This document shows, in pieces, positions 51,457 to 63,619 of a DNA stretch of 64,000 nucleotides (its first letter is position 1; every line of letters starts with the position of its first letter). The notes under the pieces were generated by a model, which worked only from the letters and a program-made list of their open reading frames with translations, did not search any database and was not told the origin of the DNA. The stretch spans positions 992,001-1,056,000 of the forward strand of contig NC_090599.1 of assembly GCF_000497125.1 (NCBI RefSeq), in the 5' to 3' direction. The position numbers and the translations under genes are program-made. The stretch comes from Spironucleus salmonicida (Eukaryota).

Positions 51457-51527
51457 CTTCCAAATCGGTACTCGAACCCGGATCTCCTGGGCGGAACCAG
51501 AAATGCTAGCTGTTATACCATTTGGGA
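51457..51527 (-). pseudogene. Decayed tRNA-Glu copy
   Basis: Aligns with the 36655 tRNA but has a 6-nt anticodon loop (TTCCGC) and substitutions in the D-loop, T-stem and acceptor stem. Confidence 0.85.
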
Positions 51528-53907
51528 TTACAGATATTTCATTTAATATTAGTTCATAATTCAATTTTAAAAGTTATGCGAATGTTTAATCAAAATTAAT
51601 TATATCATATATTACTCAATCACTTTAGCTTATAGAATCCAATGCATGCATAACGATATTAACCTGAGACAGTTAAAATGTATCGTGAGTCTTAAGCTTT
51701 CTTCGTGAGCAGGAATCATCCACATTAAACTATTCGATATGAACAGGTGGGAATGTGTAGTTCCTAAGTAGTTTTTTATACTGTGATTTAAAATTATGGA
51801 GCTTTAGTTTCATTTATAAACACGTATAAGTATAGTATTATTATTAAATGAAAATAATATATTAGTTAGTTTTGCAAATTTATAATTTGTCTATATTTTC
51901 AATAATAAATTATTCTATCATTTATTAAATATCACAATTCTTGTAAAATTTTATAAAAATATATTATATAGTGATATATATGTTCATTAAAACATACTTA
52001 TATTATTAAAAAATATTAAATAGTGTAGAAAGCAAAATAACATTAAATATATTATATTTAAACTCCCCTCTATTATTTAGCTAATCGTAAAAAATGCCAG
52101 TTTATCTTCATAATATTTGAGCATAAAATTTATTAAAACATGACTCAGCCTATACTATTCTAACTGCCCTACGTTATTAACCTTCAAAAACAGCAATATC
52201 TCTAGCAAAATCATCGGTGTAATATTCTCTTTATACATACATATAAATAATATTATTAACCATTCATTTCCCCATAATTTGCTTTAGAAACCTACTAATG
52301 CTATTTTTATTTTCTTATTCCAGCCACTTTCCTCGTCATTTTCCTCGTTTCTCCTCATAAAAAATCACTAAAAATAAAATTTCCACTAGTCATAAAATAA
52401 CCCCAATAACACTCCCTATCCTTATTTTACCTTATTTACATTCTATTTCCCCATTACTAAATTTCGGTAACGCGTTTAGCACATTCCAATTTCTAATATT
52501 CTCCGGATTTTTGCTCACGGAATCTTCAAAAAGTGACGCCCTGCACGCAAATGCCACAAATTTCACTTTTGCAGCGCTGGAAATTTTCAGAAAAACCGCA
52601 TTTGCGCGAATTCTGCTGGCCAGTAGTTCAGCATTCTGCCGCGTCCCGGAAGCACTTAATTCGTCATCGGCTAGACCTCAGAAAATCGATTTGCGGGCAT
52701 TTGTCGCCATCACCTCCCGCCCGATGGAAGTGGCTGCACGTTTCAGCGCAGTTTTGGCGACCATTTTAAGCGATAAAATTCCGCCATCGCAGGCGGCGCA
52801 GATTCAATTTTTGGCTCAATTCGCGCAGCCGTTCAAGTTCTCCCCAGGAACTTACTAATTCTATCCAGCGGCGTTCTAATAGTATTCTTGGCACTGGCGG
52901 CAGCGCAGTTTGGGGTCTGAAGAATTTTGAATTTTTTAAGTTTTAGGCAGAATCCGATAGGGCACGACGTGCGGCGGTTTTCAAATAGCAGAACTTTATG
53001 GGCGGTTGGCGAGAGTTTGCTTTGAAGCATACTTCCGTGCAGCGATTATTGGCATTTTTAAGCAGATTTGGATGTTCTTGCTAAACTGATTATCGTTGGA
53101 AGCAGTGGATTATTAGGATTTGGATTCAAATATTACGTCGTCAAAAATACAATTTGAGCAATTAGTGCTGCTTAAGTTCACATATTGTAGAACCAGTATC
53201 GCACGTAGTATAAAGCTGAGATTTTCAATCACAGAAATTCCTATATCTGCACTGGTCATTACTATAAGATGAAAATGTATATTTATCTAGCACGGTTTAA
53301 TGATGATCTTATTCGAATACTGCACATGTGAGTTGGTCACTAGTACAAAGTTCACAGTATCTTATCCTACAATATTCACGTTACCATCATATAAATATCC
53401 TCTGTCTTTACATTTAACACAGGTGTCTTGACATAACCATATGTTTAACATTCTTCTTTACAATGTTAAGTTGAGTTTCAACGATTCAGTGGCGTTGCTG
53501 TTATTTTGTAATTATTGTTTGATCTTTATATGATTTAAAACTTAATAAAATAGTAGCCAGTGTAAATTTTAATTTTTACTCAAATATAATATACTTGTTT
53601 ATATATAAGTAACTTTCAAATAGATTAGTATTAACATTTTATCTATAATGAACATAACAATAATACAATAGAGGAATTTCAATTATCATTAATATTTCTT
53701 CAGACTGTTAAACATTAGTATGTAAAATATTTGTTTATTGATACGTTCGTCTAATATCGTATAATAAGTATTTCATTAAATTATATTGCAAAAGCATCTA
53801 TAATATAACTAGAAATAACTTTCAACTTAGAGAGAATTAAAAATATGGAATTCATTTGATCAATCTGCTAAATAGCTTAATATAATATTGACTATGTGAT
53901 TTGTACT

Positions 53908-54249
53908 TCACTCTTTAACTTTATTAATCTTTTGTGATAATATCTCTAGTCGGCTTTCTAGAAGTTTAACTTATTCAGAAACGTCTAGTCCCACACAGTC
54001 ATCTGGACAATCATTGAGAGAAATATCACTAAAAATTGCAGCAGCCTTAGATCTCTCTTCTTCTGTCATCATAACAACATCATTTATCTAGCGTATTATC
54101 CCTGTAACTTCATTTATTGGTTCATTTGTATAAAAATAATGTGGTCTAGGCAGCTACTGAAAAAAATCATCAATAGATTCAGATATTGGTGTGGCATAGT
54201 TTTAGAACAAAGATAATTGTGTAAATGATTCAAGCTTTAAAGTTTGCAT
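53908..54249 (-). CDS. Hypothetical protein, 113 aa
   Basis: MQTLKLESFTQ...KINKVKE, stop within AGTGA. Confidence 0.7.
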
Positions 54250-54414
54250 ATAATTTAGGAATGAAACGTTATTATTATTATCTTTATATTTTATAATAAG
54301 TAGTATTTTCAAATTAATATAATTATATAGAGGTTATAATCTTACAGTATAGTACTTTAATTTTTTTATCTAGTGAATTACCTGTAAACACAAGTATATA
54401 ATAATAATCCAAAA

Positions 54415-55995
54415 ATGTTATTGGTTTTATTAGACACAGTCAGGTGTTTCCAGGACAACGCAGTACTTGAAGGTGACACGTAATCGAAGATATTCAAATT
54501 GGTGTTGACACCGGCTCCTGAGAACGATGAGCTCTGCGTAGCAGCCGATGGCCGCGTGTCAAAATGCTCGCTAGAGTATCTCGACTCAGCGAATAAGGTC
54601 CAGACCATAGACTCAGAGTTCACGTACTTTCATAGAGTGCCAAATATCATAGTCTTCGATCTATCCTCAGACGCAGCGAAATACACCCTCATCGCTGCAA
54701 AATCGCTGCTGTCATACCAGGTGAAGCTGGTGGGCTCCCTGGAGTCCCCTGGGGCCGTCCAGACCATCCAGCACACGCAGATGAACGCGACCAACTGCTG
54801 GGACGACCTGGTGCTCCGCTACAACCGGTCGGCGGGCCACGAGTTCCTCCAGATGGACGGCACGCCGCTCGACTGCCAGATCGTGACCCCCGTGGTCAAA
54901 TTCGAGTACTTCGCCGAGGAGCGGTGGAGATCCTTCGGGGTCCAGGGCGTAAGCGGGGAGGCTGGCTACTACGACTCTACCAAGCCGTTCGACCAGAAGG
55001 CCACAAAGCACTTCAAACAACCGCTCAGCACGCTGACGGACCCGGCCGAAGTCGCCACCTTTAAAGAATTTTTCGTTCATTTCGAGCGGAACCGGACCAT
55101 CCAGACGCGGCTGCACCTCGTGACGAAGATAAACAAACTGGACCAAGTTATTCTGGCTGAGCCGCACCTCATCCTGTCGATCGCCAGCCCGTGCTACTCC
55201 TAGTTGAAGCCCGTCGGCTACATCTCCGCGACACAGATTCTGGCGTTCAGTAACAACGTGATGTTTTCTACTCATACAGAATGCAACCAGAACACGGTCA
55301 GCGTGCACAACCAGCTGCGCGTCATCACGGAGGCCTTCAACTACTCGTCCGCCCCGGAGATAAACACGAAGGACCAGTTCATCAATAAGGTGGGGTTCAT
55401 ATTGAGGCTCGATGTCGCGATACCAGGGTTCGAGGCGATCGGGTCTGGTAGTCTCATCAGCTACATGACCTACAGGGACGAGAACGACGTAATACTGGAC
55501 GAGGAGTCCGTTCTCCTGGAGGCCAAGCTCAGCTGCTTCCAGAACATCCAGGCCTTCTTTAGGCGCGACGAGCTCTGCGTGCAAATCTAGACATACGACT
55601 CCGAAAAGTGCTCGACGCAAGGGCACTCGGTGGCGAACTACATCCTCGGCGTCTAGCCGGAGTCGTACCAGTCCCGGCAGATAGCGTTCAGCTTCGTCAT
55701 CGACTACGTGTTCAACGGCAAGTTGCAGTGCACATCAACGTATCAAGACCATACATTTGGGGTTACGATGCCCGGCACCGTGGCGGAGCGAGCTGTGATT
55801 TACGAGAAGATGGTGGCGAACCACACCAACCTCTACAACTTCGTCCAGTCGGAAAACGAATTTCCGTTCCCAAGCGTGCTGCTGCTCTCGGACTTCTCCA
55901 ACATTTACACGCACTTCGCGGTGATCGCTGGACTGGTGTTTGTGTTCACCGGAATCGGGCTGATGGCATACCTCTGCATGGCGAGTCGTCTCTGA
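54415..55995 (+). CDS. Type I membrane protein, 526 aa (copy B)
   Basis: Paralogue of 34433-36013 with the same length but a different leader, MLLVLLDTVRCF. Confidence 0.85.
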
Positions 55996-57079
55996 GCTTC
56001 TACTTTATTCATTTGCACGCCAGCGTCACGGCCTCCACCAGGCCCCCGTTTCTGGTGAACAGGTCACCGCAGAGCTCCAGCGAGCCCTCGAACACGCTCG
56101 CTACCCCCAGCGAGCCGTCAGGCCCCACGCTCAGGCCAAACGCCCGCGCAGCGCACACCACGAGCGGGAACCTCAGGAACCGAACCGGCTCCGCGATCTC
56201 GACGCTCCGCACGCCGCCCTCCCGGACGAGCCACACCCTGCCCCCGCCTCCGACGAGAATGCCCTCCGGGGTGGCCTCCATTCGCTCCGCCCCCTCCAGG
56301 AGCCACTCCATCTATACCGTCCCGTCCAGCGCGCAGAGGCAGAGCCTGTTGCTCAGGACGAGCAGCCGGCCGTCCACGATCTGGAACTGCCGGACGTCGT
56401 GCTCGAAGTGGATTTCCCGGCTCGCAGTGTTCGCGAGGTCCGAGACGTAGATCGTGTTCCGCGTGAGCGCGAAGACGAAGTCCTGGTAGAGCTGCGCCTG
56501 CGTCACGGCGTGCTGGACGCGCCGGAAGCTGACGCCGACATTGACCCGCGCGCCCTCCTGGCTGTATAGGAAGAGCGTGTTGTCGCTTCTGGCCAGAATA
56601 CCGGGCGCTGCGAACGTGACCATCGTGCTTTTAGGCAGCGGGAGGCTCGCGTCTCCGCTGCAGAAGTGCGTGGGGGTCGAGTAGATCAGGGGCGACAGTG
56701 AGTGGATTTTGGCCAGTTCTGGTACGTGCCTGGTGTACTTAACGGTTTTCGTCAGCGGGGCTGGTGAGGATTGCAAGTGCCTGAGGAACTCCATTTGGAG
56801 CGAAAGTGCTATATATAAAATACTCAGTCTGGGATAAACTCGCTTTGGGCTAGAAAGTTCTGGATACGCGCGACGGCCTGCTACTTCTGGGTGCGCAAGG
56901 TTACGTAGGCGGCTAGATGGGTGGGGAACGTAAGGCGTACTGGGTGCTGGAGGACTTCGTTTTCTACCGCTCTGGTAATGTCGTTCTGTAAGTCGACTGT
57001 GGCGGTATCGGCAAGGACGCGGTATTGGAAATACCCACCGTCTCTCGCGACGGTAATAAAATTGATGAAACAATTTATG
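54445..57079 (-). repeat. Outer inverted duplication, copy B
   Basis: Reverse complement of 33349-35983. Confidence 0.97.
56009..56794 (-). CDS. Hypothetical protein, 261 aa (copy B)
   Basis: Near-identical to 33634-34419. Confidence 0.8.
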
Positions 57080-57165
57080 TGTAAGAGACAGTTAAATTTA
57101 TTATCTTGTCGTATTTTGCTGAAATAAATTGAAAATTCAATTTTATTAGAGTTGATAATTTACAT
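56824..57165 (-). pseudogene. 3' remnant of the LRR-like gene 31964-33604
   Basis: The last ~85 codons are duplicated. Upstream sequence is unrelated or diverged, with an in-frame TGA just before ATG 57165. Confidence 0.6.
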
Positions 57166-57689
57166 GGTTTTCGTTCAGAAATCAGTGGAAAGTACTAAGT
57201 ACAATATATTATAAATTAAGTATGTTTTATAGAATACTTTTAGTAGTGAAATTTTATATATTTACTTAATTTAGAGATTAATACAATATTGTAATAAACA
57301 TTTATTAAAGTTTCATTTCATATTTCTTATTTATCAAATTTGTCCTATAGTCAAATTAATAATAATCAACAAAAACCACGGAAGCATTTAAAATCTAAAG
57401 AATTTGTATATTGATTATGTGAATCAAGGAGTATTTATTAGAAGATAGAAGATAAGCATGCATGAATAGTCAAAAACAAAAAGTACTCAATCCAAAGTAT
57501 TACCACTTAAACTAGTAAGGTCTATTAAATTAACATAAAATTATAGATAAAGTATGTCAATTGATTAAATATATATCTCATAATATAAATAATAATAATA
57601 TAGACAAAGTTGAAATTTTAAAAAAATTATTAAAGTAAATGAATATAGTCGAGTATCTAGTGGGATAGATTATAAATGAATAAATTAAA

Positions 57690-58313
57690 TCAGCCTAAAA
57701 TATCTTTTATTTAAGCGCTAACCTGAGAAATAGTAGAACCATCTACAGATAATTTTTTAACCTAATCCCCAAATACCTCATGAATACCAGCACATTAATC
57801 ACGATAAATTTAAAATCTCTCCTTAATAATTTCAATCTTGTCATCACTTCTAACAATGCAACGTTCTGCTATGGCAACAGGAGCGGGGTCATTCACAATA
57901 TGGTATGTATCTCCGGTGATAGGATCAAATCTTCTTCCTGACATGCGCTCACAAATTGTATCTTCATTAACTAAAAGCTCGATAATAGAGGTAGGAGTTA
58001 AAATAGATTATTTTGTGATCTCTAAAGCCTGCGCAGCAGTTCTTGGAAAACCGTCCAGTAACCAACCTTTAGAAGGATCTAATGTCTTGATAAACTTAAC
58101 AAGCATATCAATAACTAATGAATCAGGCACTAGAGCACCTTTATCGATGAAGTCCTTTGCTTTTGCACCTAGCTCAGTTTTACCTTACATTTCTGCTCTA
58201 AGCAAGTTTCCAGTAGAGATATGGGTTAATTCATAATTCTATACTAAAAATTTCGCCTGAGTACCCTTACCAGAACCAGGAGGACCAAGAAGTATAACAT
58301 GATGTGGATTCAT
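57690..58313 (-). CDS. ADK: Adenylate kinase (long form with LID), 207 aa
   Basis: [15 protein letters not shown]-loop, [40 protein letters not shown]. Confidence 0.96.
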
Positions 58314-58381
58314 GAATTTGTGAAAGAGAAGAAGTGATAAAAATAATGGTATTATGATTATTATATTTATTACATAAAATA

Positions 58382-58987
58382 TCATTCATTTAAAAACTAT
58401 AGAATTTGTTTTTCTAATTATTCCATATCATCCACAACACAGTCTCCTAAACTGCTTCCATGTTCAACGCCAAAGCTAACACCGATAAATTAACAGTTTC
58501 CATTTCTAGCCGTCTGTAAATCTGTTTAAGTATCTCCGACAAACACCTTCTTTCCACTGCATTCTAACATATTTGGGTTTGGTTTTTAAATCCATTTTGA
58601 CCCAACACCACGAATTTAATCAAAAAGCTCAGTGATATTCATTTTTTCGCATATTCCTATAATAGCATCATAGTTTTTATTAGTTGCCAAAATAATTTTG
58701 ATACCATTTGATCGAATATTTTTTAACATAGTGATAGCACCAGGAAAAATTGTAGGAAGATGAATTTATGCTTTTTAAACATATTTTAAAATGTTTGTTT
58801 ATACGTTTACACCAATAAAAATCTCGATATATTCTTTTGTTGACAAACCAATTTTTCCACGAACTTACTGGAAATCTTCAGGGGTTAAGTTAGATAAATT
58901 TTCTTCAGCTCTTATTTGATTGATGATAAGCTGAATAACTGGAAAAGAATTAACTAAAGTTCCATCAAAATCAAAGATAGCAGTCAT
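58382..58987 (-). CDS. HAD-superfamily hydrolase (phosphoglycolate phosphatase-like), 201 aa
   Basis: Motif I AIFDFDGTLVNS, motif II ATNK, motif III KPNP, motif IV FVGDT..D. Confidence 0.92.
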
Positions 58988-59222
58988 TTTATATTTTTGT
59001 ATGCAAAAATATTTAATTTAAATACTTTATATTATATATAAGATACAAGACCCGTGAAGCTATTTAAACTAATATTTAAATTTCATAGTATACAAATTAC
59101 CTGGCAGCATTATTATATTATAACATCAAAATTTCATATCAATCAAATCTGCAGTCATGGCTAAAATCCCTAATCACTGTCGATTTATTATGAATTTGAT
59201 ATTGAAAATATAACATATTTAT

Positions 59223-59294
59223 TCCCAAATGGTATAACGGTTAGCATTTCTGGTTTTCACCCAGGAGATCCGGGTTCGATTCCCGGTTTGGGAG
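59223..59294 (+). tRNA. tRNA-Glu (TTC), identical to 36655-36726
   Basis: Same 72-nt cloverleaf. Confidence 0.95.
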
Positions 59295-59661
59295 AATTTT
59301 TATTTTCTAGTGGTGCCAGGGACCGTTCAACGGCAGAGTCCAACCCTGGACAACCACTCTCATAAATTCCGACTGATTAAATCACTTATCGCATATATGC
59401 TTAATGCCCCTACCCGTGCTATCGAGGATGCGCGCACTAGGAATTCACAGGTGTCACTACAGACGCAGGAGTTTAACCGCATTGCTAACACCGGATGCCA
59501 TTCTAGGCATCCTGGACTGCAGCTGAATAGCTGCCTCTGAAGTTCGCGCACAGTACTATTGCCGTGGCATTTACCAATCGATATACCCTAGTGGCGGGCC
59601 CTGCCGCTCAGTCCGGGGAGAGACAGTCCAGTGGGCCAGGCTACTGCTATACAGCTACCAT

Positions 59662-59744
59662 ACCAACTTGGCCGAGTGGTTAAGGCGTGTGACTTAAGAT
59701 CTCATGGGCGTCAGCCCGCGTGGGTTCAAGCCCCACAGTTGGTA
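59662..59744 (+). tRNA. tRNA-Leu (TAA)
   Basis: ACCAACT/AGTTGGT acceptor stem, TGGCCGAGTGGTTAAGGC D-arm, CT-TAA-GA loop, long variable arm, GTTCAAG T-loop. Confidence 0.93.
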
Positions 59745-60746
59745 ATTTTGCTGATAGGCATCTACGGGAAGCTGTAAAGCTAGGTAACCTGGCACATAGC
59801 TGACAACCTGCTTTCCAAGGTTGAGGCAAGAGGGCCGCCCAGGGTGAGGCTGGCACCCTAGCGCAAAACAGTACGATCATGCCATGTTATCCCGAAGCAA
59901 TTACGCTTTGCGACTAGCAGCAAGCGTGCCAGTCCTGCTAGGTTGCCACATCGCCAGGTATAGTTTTGCACACAGATAGAAGACGCCTTCCTATCAGCTG
60001 ATACTCTTCAGAAACACTAATTAATAATCTGAAGTGAGAGAAGTAATTTTGCATGTATCCCAGCTTCGAAAAAACTTGTTTCGATTGCTATCCGCAGGTT
60101 AGGGATTGAGAAATGGGCAAGCTTTTAGATAAATTTTCAGCCGCCATAAAATACCATTCGAGACAAGTTACCAACTTAATGTAAAATATTTAGAATTATA
60201 TGTTATAGAATATACATTTTATTATAATTTTATAGTAGGTGTACACTCAGAATTATTTTAGGTATATCGTATTTATTCTGCTGAGTTCGCCTTCCTTAGA
60301 CCAAAAGTTTAATCTACGATAGTCAGCTTTCTAGCCACGCTTCGATTAAGCTGAATGGAATGACTGGATGCCAACAATTATCGAAGTAATTGTATTGGAT
60401 GGCAAAGTCAATAAATATATTGTATCGTCTATATATTTTAGATGCTAGACACTTAACAAGCTGTAGAGGTTTATCACAAGTTGGGATCGCAATATATACT
60501 AAATACTAATGCTTGCGCATAATTAACATTTATTGCCCACTTTGACGATATGGCTTCCCACCAGCCCTGCATTGGTTGAGTTCTGCAAATCGCCCAGGCC
60601 TGGCCCTCATTTACCCTATTGTGGGGGACACGCCTGGCCTCTCCGCTGGCCCTGGATGGCGGACTCTGGGCTGCCGCATGTCCAACGACTACGCCCCCAA
60701 GGCGCGTACCGGGTGCGAGGAAGTCTCCGCCCCGGATACCGTTCTG

Positions 60747-61079
60747 TCACAGCTCCTGCCGGAGGTCCAGGATGGTCGCCGCCGCCGCGTGCTAGAAGTC
60801 CGGCCGCGGCTGGTACCGGAAGACGACGCGGTGGTAGAAGTCCCCCATGCGGGTGATGATGTCCTGGTTCCGCCTCGTGCCGCGGAGCCGGAACAGGGTG
60901 TGGGAGGACGTCTTCACCTCGAGCGCCTGTGCGGCCTAGCACGCCACGGCCTGGGAGAGCACCAGCAGCCCGAAGAGCTGGACGCGCAGCGGGTTGGAGT
61001 TCTGCACGCTGAAGACCCACACGCGGTCCCCCACCTGCACGCGCACGAGGCGCCGGAACTGGTGGAGCGAGAGTTCCAT
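60747..61079 (-). CDS. Hypothetical protein, 110 aa
   Basis: MELSLHQFRRLVRVQ...ILDLRQEL. Strong GC3 bias in this frame, two TAG=Gln codons. Absent from the ORF track. Confidence 0.7.
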
Positions 61080-61195
61080 TCCGGCGGGCTCCCGCGAATA
61101 TTATGCCCAGCATATATAGTTCACCCCGCGCGCCGGAATGCGGGAGGCGACCGCGGCGGTAGTGCCAGCCGGGCGCGGGCGTCTGACGAAATAGC

Positions 61196-61471
61196 TCACT
61201 CCCAAAACAGGTCGGCGTCGAACAGCTCCAGCGCGAGGTCCGAGTCGGCCTCGCTCATGGGCCACAGCAGGACCGGCGCCTTGGCCAGGGCGGGCGGCGC
61301 CGCGAAGAGCAGGGGGTCCTCGCGGCGCAGCTTGTAGTACGCGTTGCGCAGCTGCCGCTTGGTCATGCCGCGGAGGACCTTGCTGCTAATCCGGTCGAAG
61401 TCGGCGCCGTAGGCCGCTACCGCGTCGGCGAGTTCCTGGATTTTGTCGAAGGACCATACGTCTTTCGGCAT
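61196..61471 (-). CDS. Small Myb/SANT-domain protein, 91 aa
   Basis: W.......L..AV..YG.DF..I....L.G.T..QLRN.YY pattern. CCACTCCCC motif upstream, stop within AGTGA. Confidence 0.88.
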   Translation of the reverse strand: MPKDVWSFDKIQELADAVAAYGADFDRISSKVLRGMTKRQLRNAYYKLRREDPLLFAAPPALAKAPVLLWPMSEADSDLALELFDADLFWE

Positions 61472-61904
61472 TTGGGGAGTGGCGGAGGCCCAGGAAGCTA
61501 TTTCCGGACGGTGGTAGAGTCAGTGATTGTAATGTGGAAACTAAGTGGCTAGAATAGGGATATCGCCAATTTCTGACGTTCAAGTACGCGCAAAAATCTG
61601 GTATTCTATGTGTATTAGGGAGGTTCCAGATCGGCCGCTCCCGTAGTGGGATATTTCGGCGAATGGGCCTGGTCGAGGCAGAGCCCGCACTGTAGATGTT
61701 GGGGGACTAGCAAGGCACCGGCCCCATTCGCGGAATTGAAATCACTCCGAAACCGAAAACGAAGTTTACAGCAGTTTCCGGTTCGACTAGGGCGGTGCGC
61801 CTGGGTTGACCGGCGAAGGGAGGGAGGGAGGAAGGAAGTGAGTACAGTAAGGAGTGCAGTGACGGAAGAAGAGGCAGTAAAAGAGTGGAGGGAAGGCGCA
61901 CCGC

Positions 61905-62207
61905 TCACTGGCCCAGCGCCGCGAGGGCCTGGATGGTGCCGCGCACCCGCGCCCTGTACTGGGCCATGTCCACGCTCGGGACGATCACGCCGCCGTTCCT
62001 GGCGATGTTATGCTGCAGGATGGACCGGGTGGCCTTCCCCTTCGGACCAGAGACCGCGGCAACCTTGGCCTTGAGGGCCCTCGCCACGATTTCCTGCACC
62101 TCGACCTGGCGCAGGTCGTTCGTACAATGCTGGACACTCTCCCCAGCGCGCAGCAGGTGCTCGTGCACGGCCTGCTGGATGGCTGCCTGTGAGGCCTGGA
62201 TTGACAT
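61905..62207 (-). CDS. Hypothetical protein, 100 aa
   Basis: CCACTCC motif before the ATG, GC3-rich, stop within AGTGA. Confidence 0.72.
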   Translation of the reverse strand: MSIQASQAAIQQAVHEHLLRAGESVQHCTNDLRQVEVQEIVARALKAKVAAVSGPKGKATRSILQHNIARNGGVIVPSVDMAQYRARVRGTIQALAALGQ

Positions 62208-62916
62208 TTAGGAGTGGTAGGCTGGAAAGGGCAGGACGGGACCATGCCGGCAATAAGAATTGCCGCCGAATAGCACTCCTGGCGCCTCTACTGCAGATAA
62301 ACTATTACACGGAGGGCGGAGAACCAATTCCACGGGTCCCGCTCCGCCTGTCCCCCCGCTCCGCAAGAACCCCCTTCAGTTCGGCCCAAAATTGGTTGTA
62401 TCACCTCTTGCACGCTCCTTACACCGCTCCTTCCTGCAGAAATTTCGCCCGCCAAACCGAACGAGCAGGCGCCGCAGAAGCGGCTCTAACCGCCTTCAAG
62501 CTCGCACAAATCTAAGACGCACATAGGTTAGATTTGATACAAACTTCAACATTGTGAGAGCCTTTTGAGTGCCTCGAATCTAGCGGATAAATTTGGCAGT
62601 TCGTTGATTGGAACTGCTGCCTTATATCATTAAATTCTGGAGTTCGAGGAATAAACGGCAGGAAACGGAGCGCACGGGCTAGAATTTCACGAATTTGGTG
62701 TGAAATAAGTGCGATAACAAGAAAATATGTGTTTGCCAGAGCAGTTCATTCAGGGTTGCGAAAACTTGGCAAAACAATGCAGGACCAAATAATAGTCCAA
62801 AAGTTGATATAGACAATAAAAGATATATAATAATACGGTTATAATTATATCCAATTTTTTACATATTTCTCTTTAAATTTATATAATAATAATATTAATC
62901 ATCTACCTTTCATTAA

Positions 62917-63615
62917 ATGGACTTACCGCTTTAGGCCACAATTGAAAAACTCAGGGATACGGTTGCGTTAATGCCGCCAATACCAGCTCATTTTCTTGAT
63001 TAAAATTTACCTCTGACAGATTTTAAGCTTATTTCTGATCAGTGCGTAGTCTTTACATTTAAAAATTTCTAAATTGCATATCTTGAAGAAATGAAATAAT
63101 TTTACTTCAATAGAATAGGAGATGCTTTTGTAACAGTATTCAAGGATTTTTATGATGATGAAAAGCTCAAAAAACTAGTCGAAATTTCAAGGTAAAAATT
63201 CAACTTCTTTTTCGAAACGGAATTCAAAGCTATGACAGTTGGAATCAATAGTCAAAAGGACTATAAGGATCTGGAGCTCATGAAGTCATCTTAACATGCT
63301 AAAATACCCATGTTTCTCGAAAGTGAAGTTCTGATCACCAAAAATAACGTTGCAAAATAGTTCCAGTAAGTTGTCACAGTTACGTGTGAGAATTCTGAAG
63401 GGTTGTGCCAAGTTACGTTCGTCTAGCAAACTAAGAAATGCAATGCGATTCCGCTAAAATGCATCCCAGACGGTACGTATGTTGCGGTCTTGTACGGCCC
63501 GCAGGACCTCGGTAGCGTCTCGGAATCAGGTGAGGGCCTTGGAATCATTTTCTGTGAGGATGGCCTGGCAGGCTTCATTTTCGGCGAAAGCTCGGCGTTT
63601 AAAGTGATCCAATGA
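62917..63615 (+). CDS. Hypothetical protein, 232 aa
   Basis: AAATG start, open to TGA 63613 in the TAR=Gln code. Confidence 0.72.
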
Positions 63616-63619
63616 GTCA

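Noticed and set aside
52140-53219. Long TGA-free frame on the + strand
   Set aside because: The translation is not protein-like, and with a single stop codon long open frames arise by chance. Left unannotated.
59097-59107. TTACCTGGCAG resembling the U1 snRNA 5' end
   Set aside because: The following sequence is AT-rich with no U1 stem-loops or Sm site, so this is likely chance.
59662-59744. tRNA with TAA anticodon as the decoder of reassigned stop codons
   Set aside because: Anticodon TAA reads UUA (Leu). A UAA decoder needs anticodon TTA. The long variable arm also indicates Leu.
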